Shown here one piece after another: positions 63,832 through 64,000 of a DNA stretch of 64,000 nucleotides; position 1 is the first letter of the stretch, and every line of letters begins with the position of its first letter. Under the pieces are notes generated by a model. It saw only the letters and a program-made list of their open reading frames with translations. It was not told where the DNA came from and ran no database searches. The position numbers and the translations under genes were made by a program. The DNA comes from Lama glama (Eukaryota), in NCBI GenBank assembly GCA_028534125.1, contig CM052818.1:11348001-11412000 (forward strand), in the 5' to 3' direction.

Positions 63832-64000
63832 CATCAGGCCTGAGAGAGCACAGGGTAGAAATGTCCTCAGGCTCTCCTGTTCTTAGAAATGGGTTGGAAC
63901 ATCCCTAGCAGAGCCCTTGGGAAAGTGCATTTGCTGGGACATTAACCAAGATATTTGGAGTTCTCACTTTTCTGCTGCAAGTAGGAGCACAGAGACAATG

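Noticed and set aside
1..64000. CRISPR array, operon, prophage or other prokaryotic-type system; named host gene
   Set aside because: The sequence is mammalian and repeat-laden, with no regularly spaced repeats or long ORFs. No exon was recognisable enough to assign a gene symbol.

Overview
Non-coding mammalian genomic DNA, most likely a camelid. This rests on two tRNA-derived SINEs resembling the camelid Vic-1 family and on L1 3' ends of camelid/cetartiodactyl type. I found no host protein-coding exon, RNA gene or prokaryotic-type system. The only ORF-track peptides with recognisable homology are decayed L1 ORF2 pieces. The window is a mosaic of old eutherian repeats (MIR, L2, L1M, MLT1, LTR16A, hAT MITEs), younger L1 and SINE insertions with readable target-site duplications (TSDs), and microsatellites. 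Between them lie long repeat-poor stretches rich in TAAT/SOX-like motifs, as expected in a large intron or gene desert of a developmental locus; I could not identify the locus. The most notable observations are: ancient repeats that look locally shifted toward GC/CpG (possible GC-biased gene conversion); all L1 pieces on + and all LTRs on -; several candidate non-coding minus-strand exons; a promoter-like block at about 27.5-28.2 kb; a 36-bp quasi-palindrome; and a tail-to-tail L2 hairpin. Repeat family names come from recalled consensus sequences, not a database search, and boundaries are approximate. I cannot support a claim of a novel biological system.
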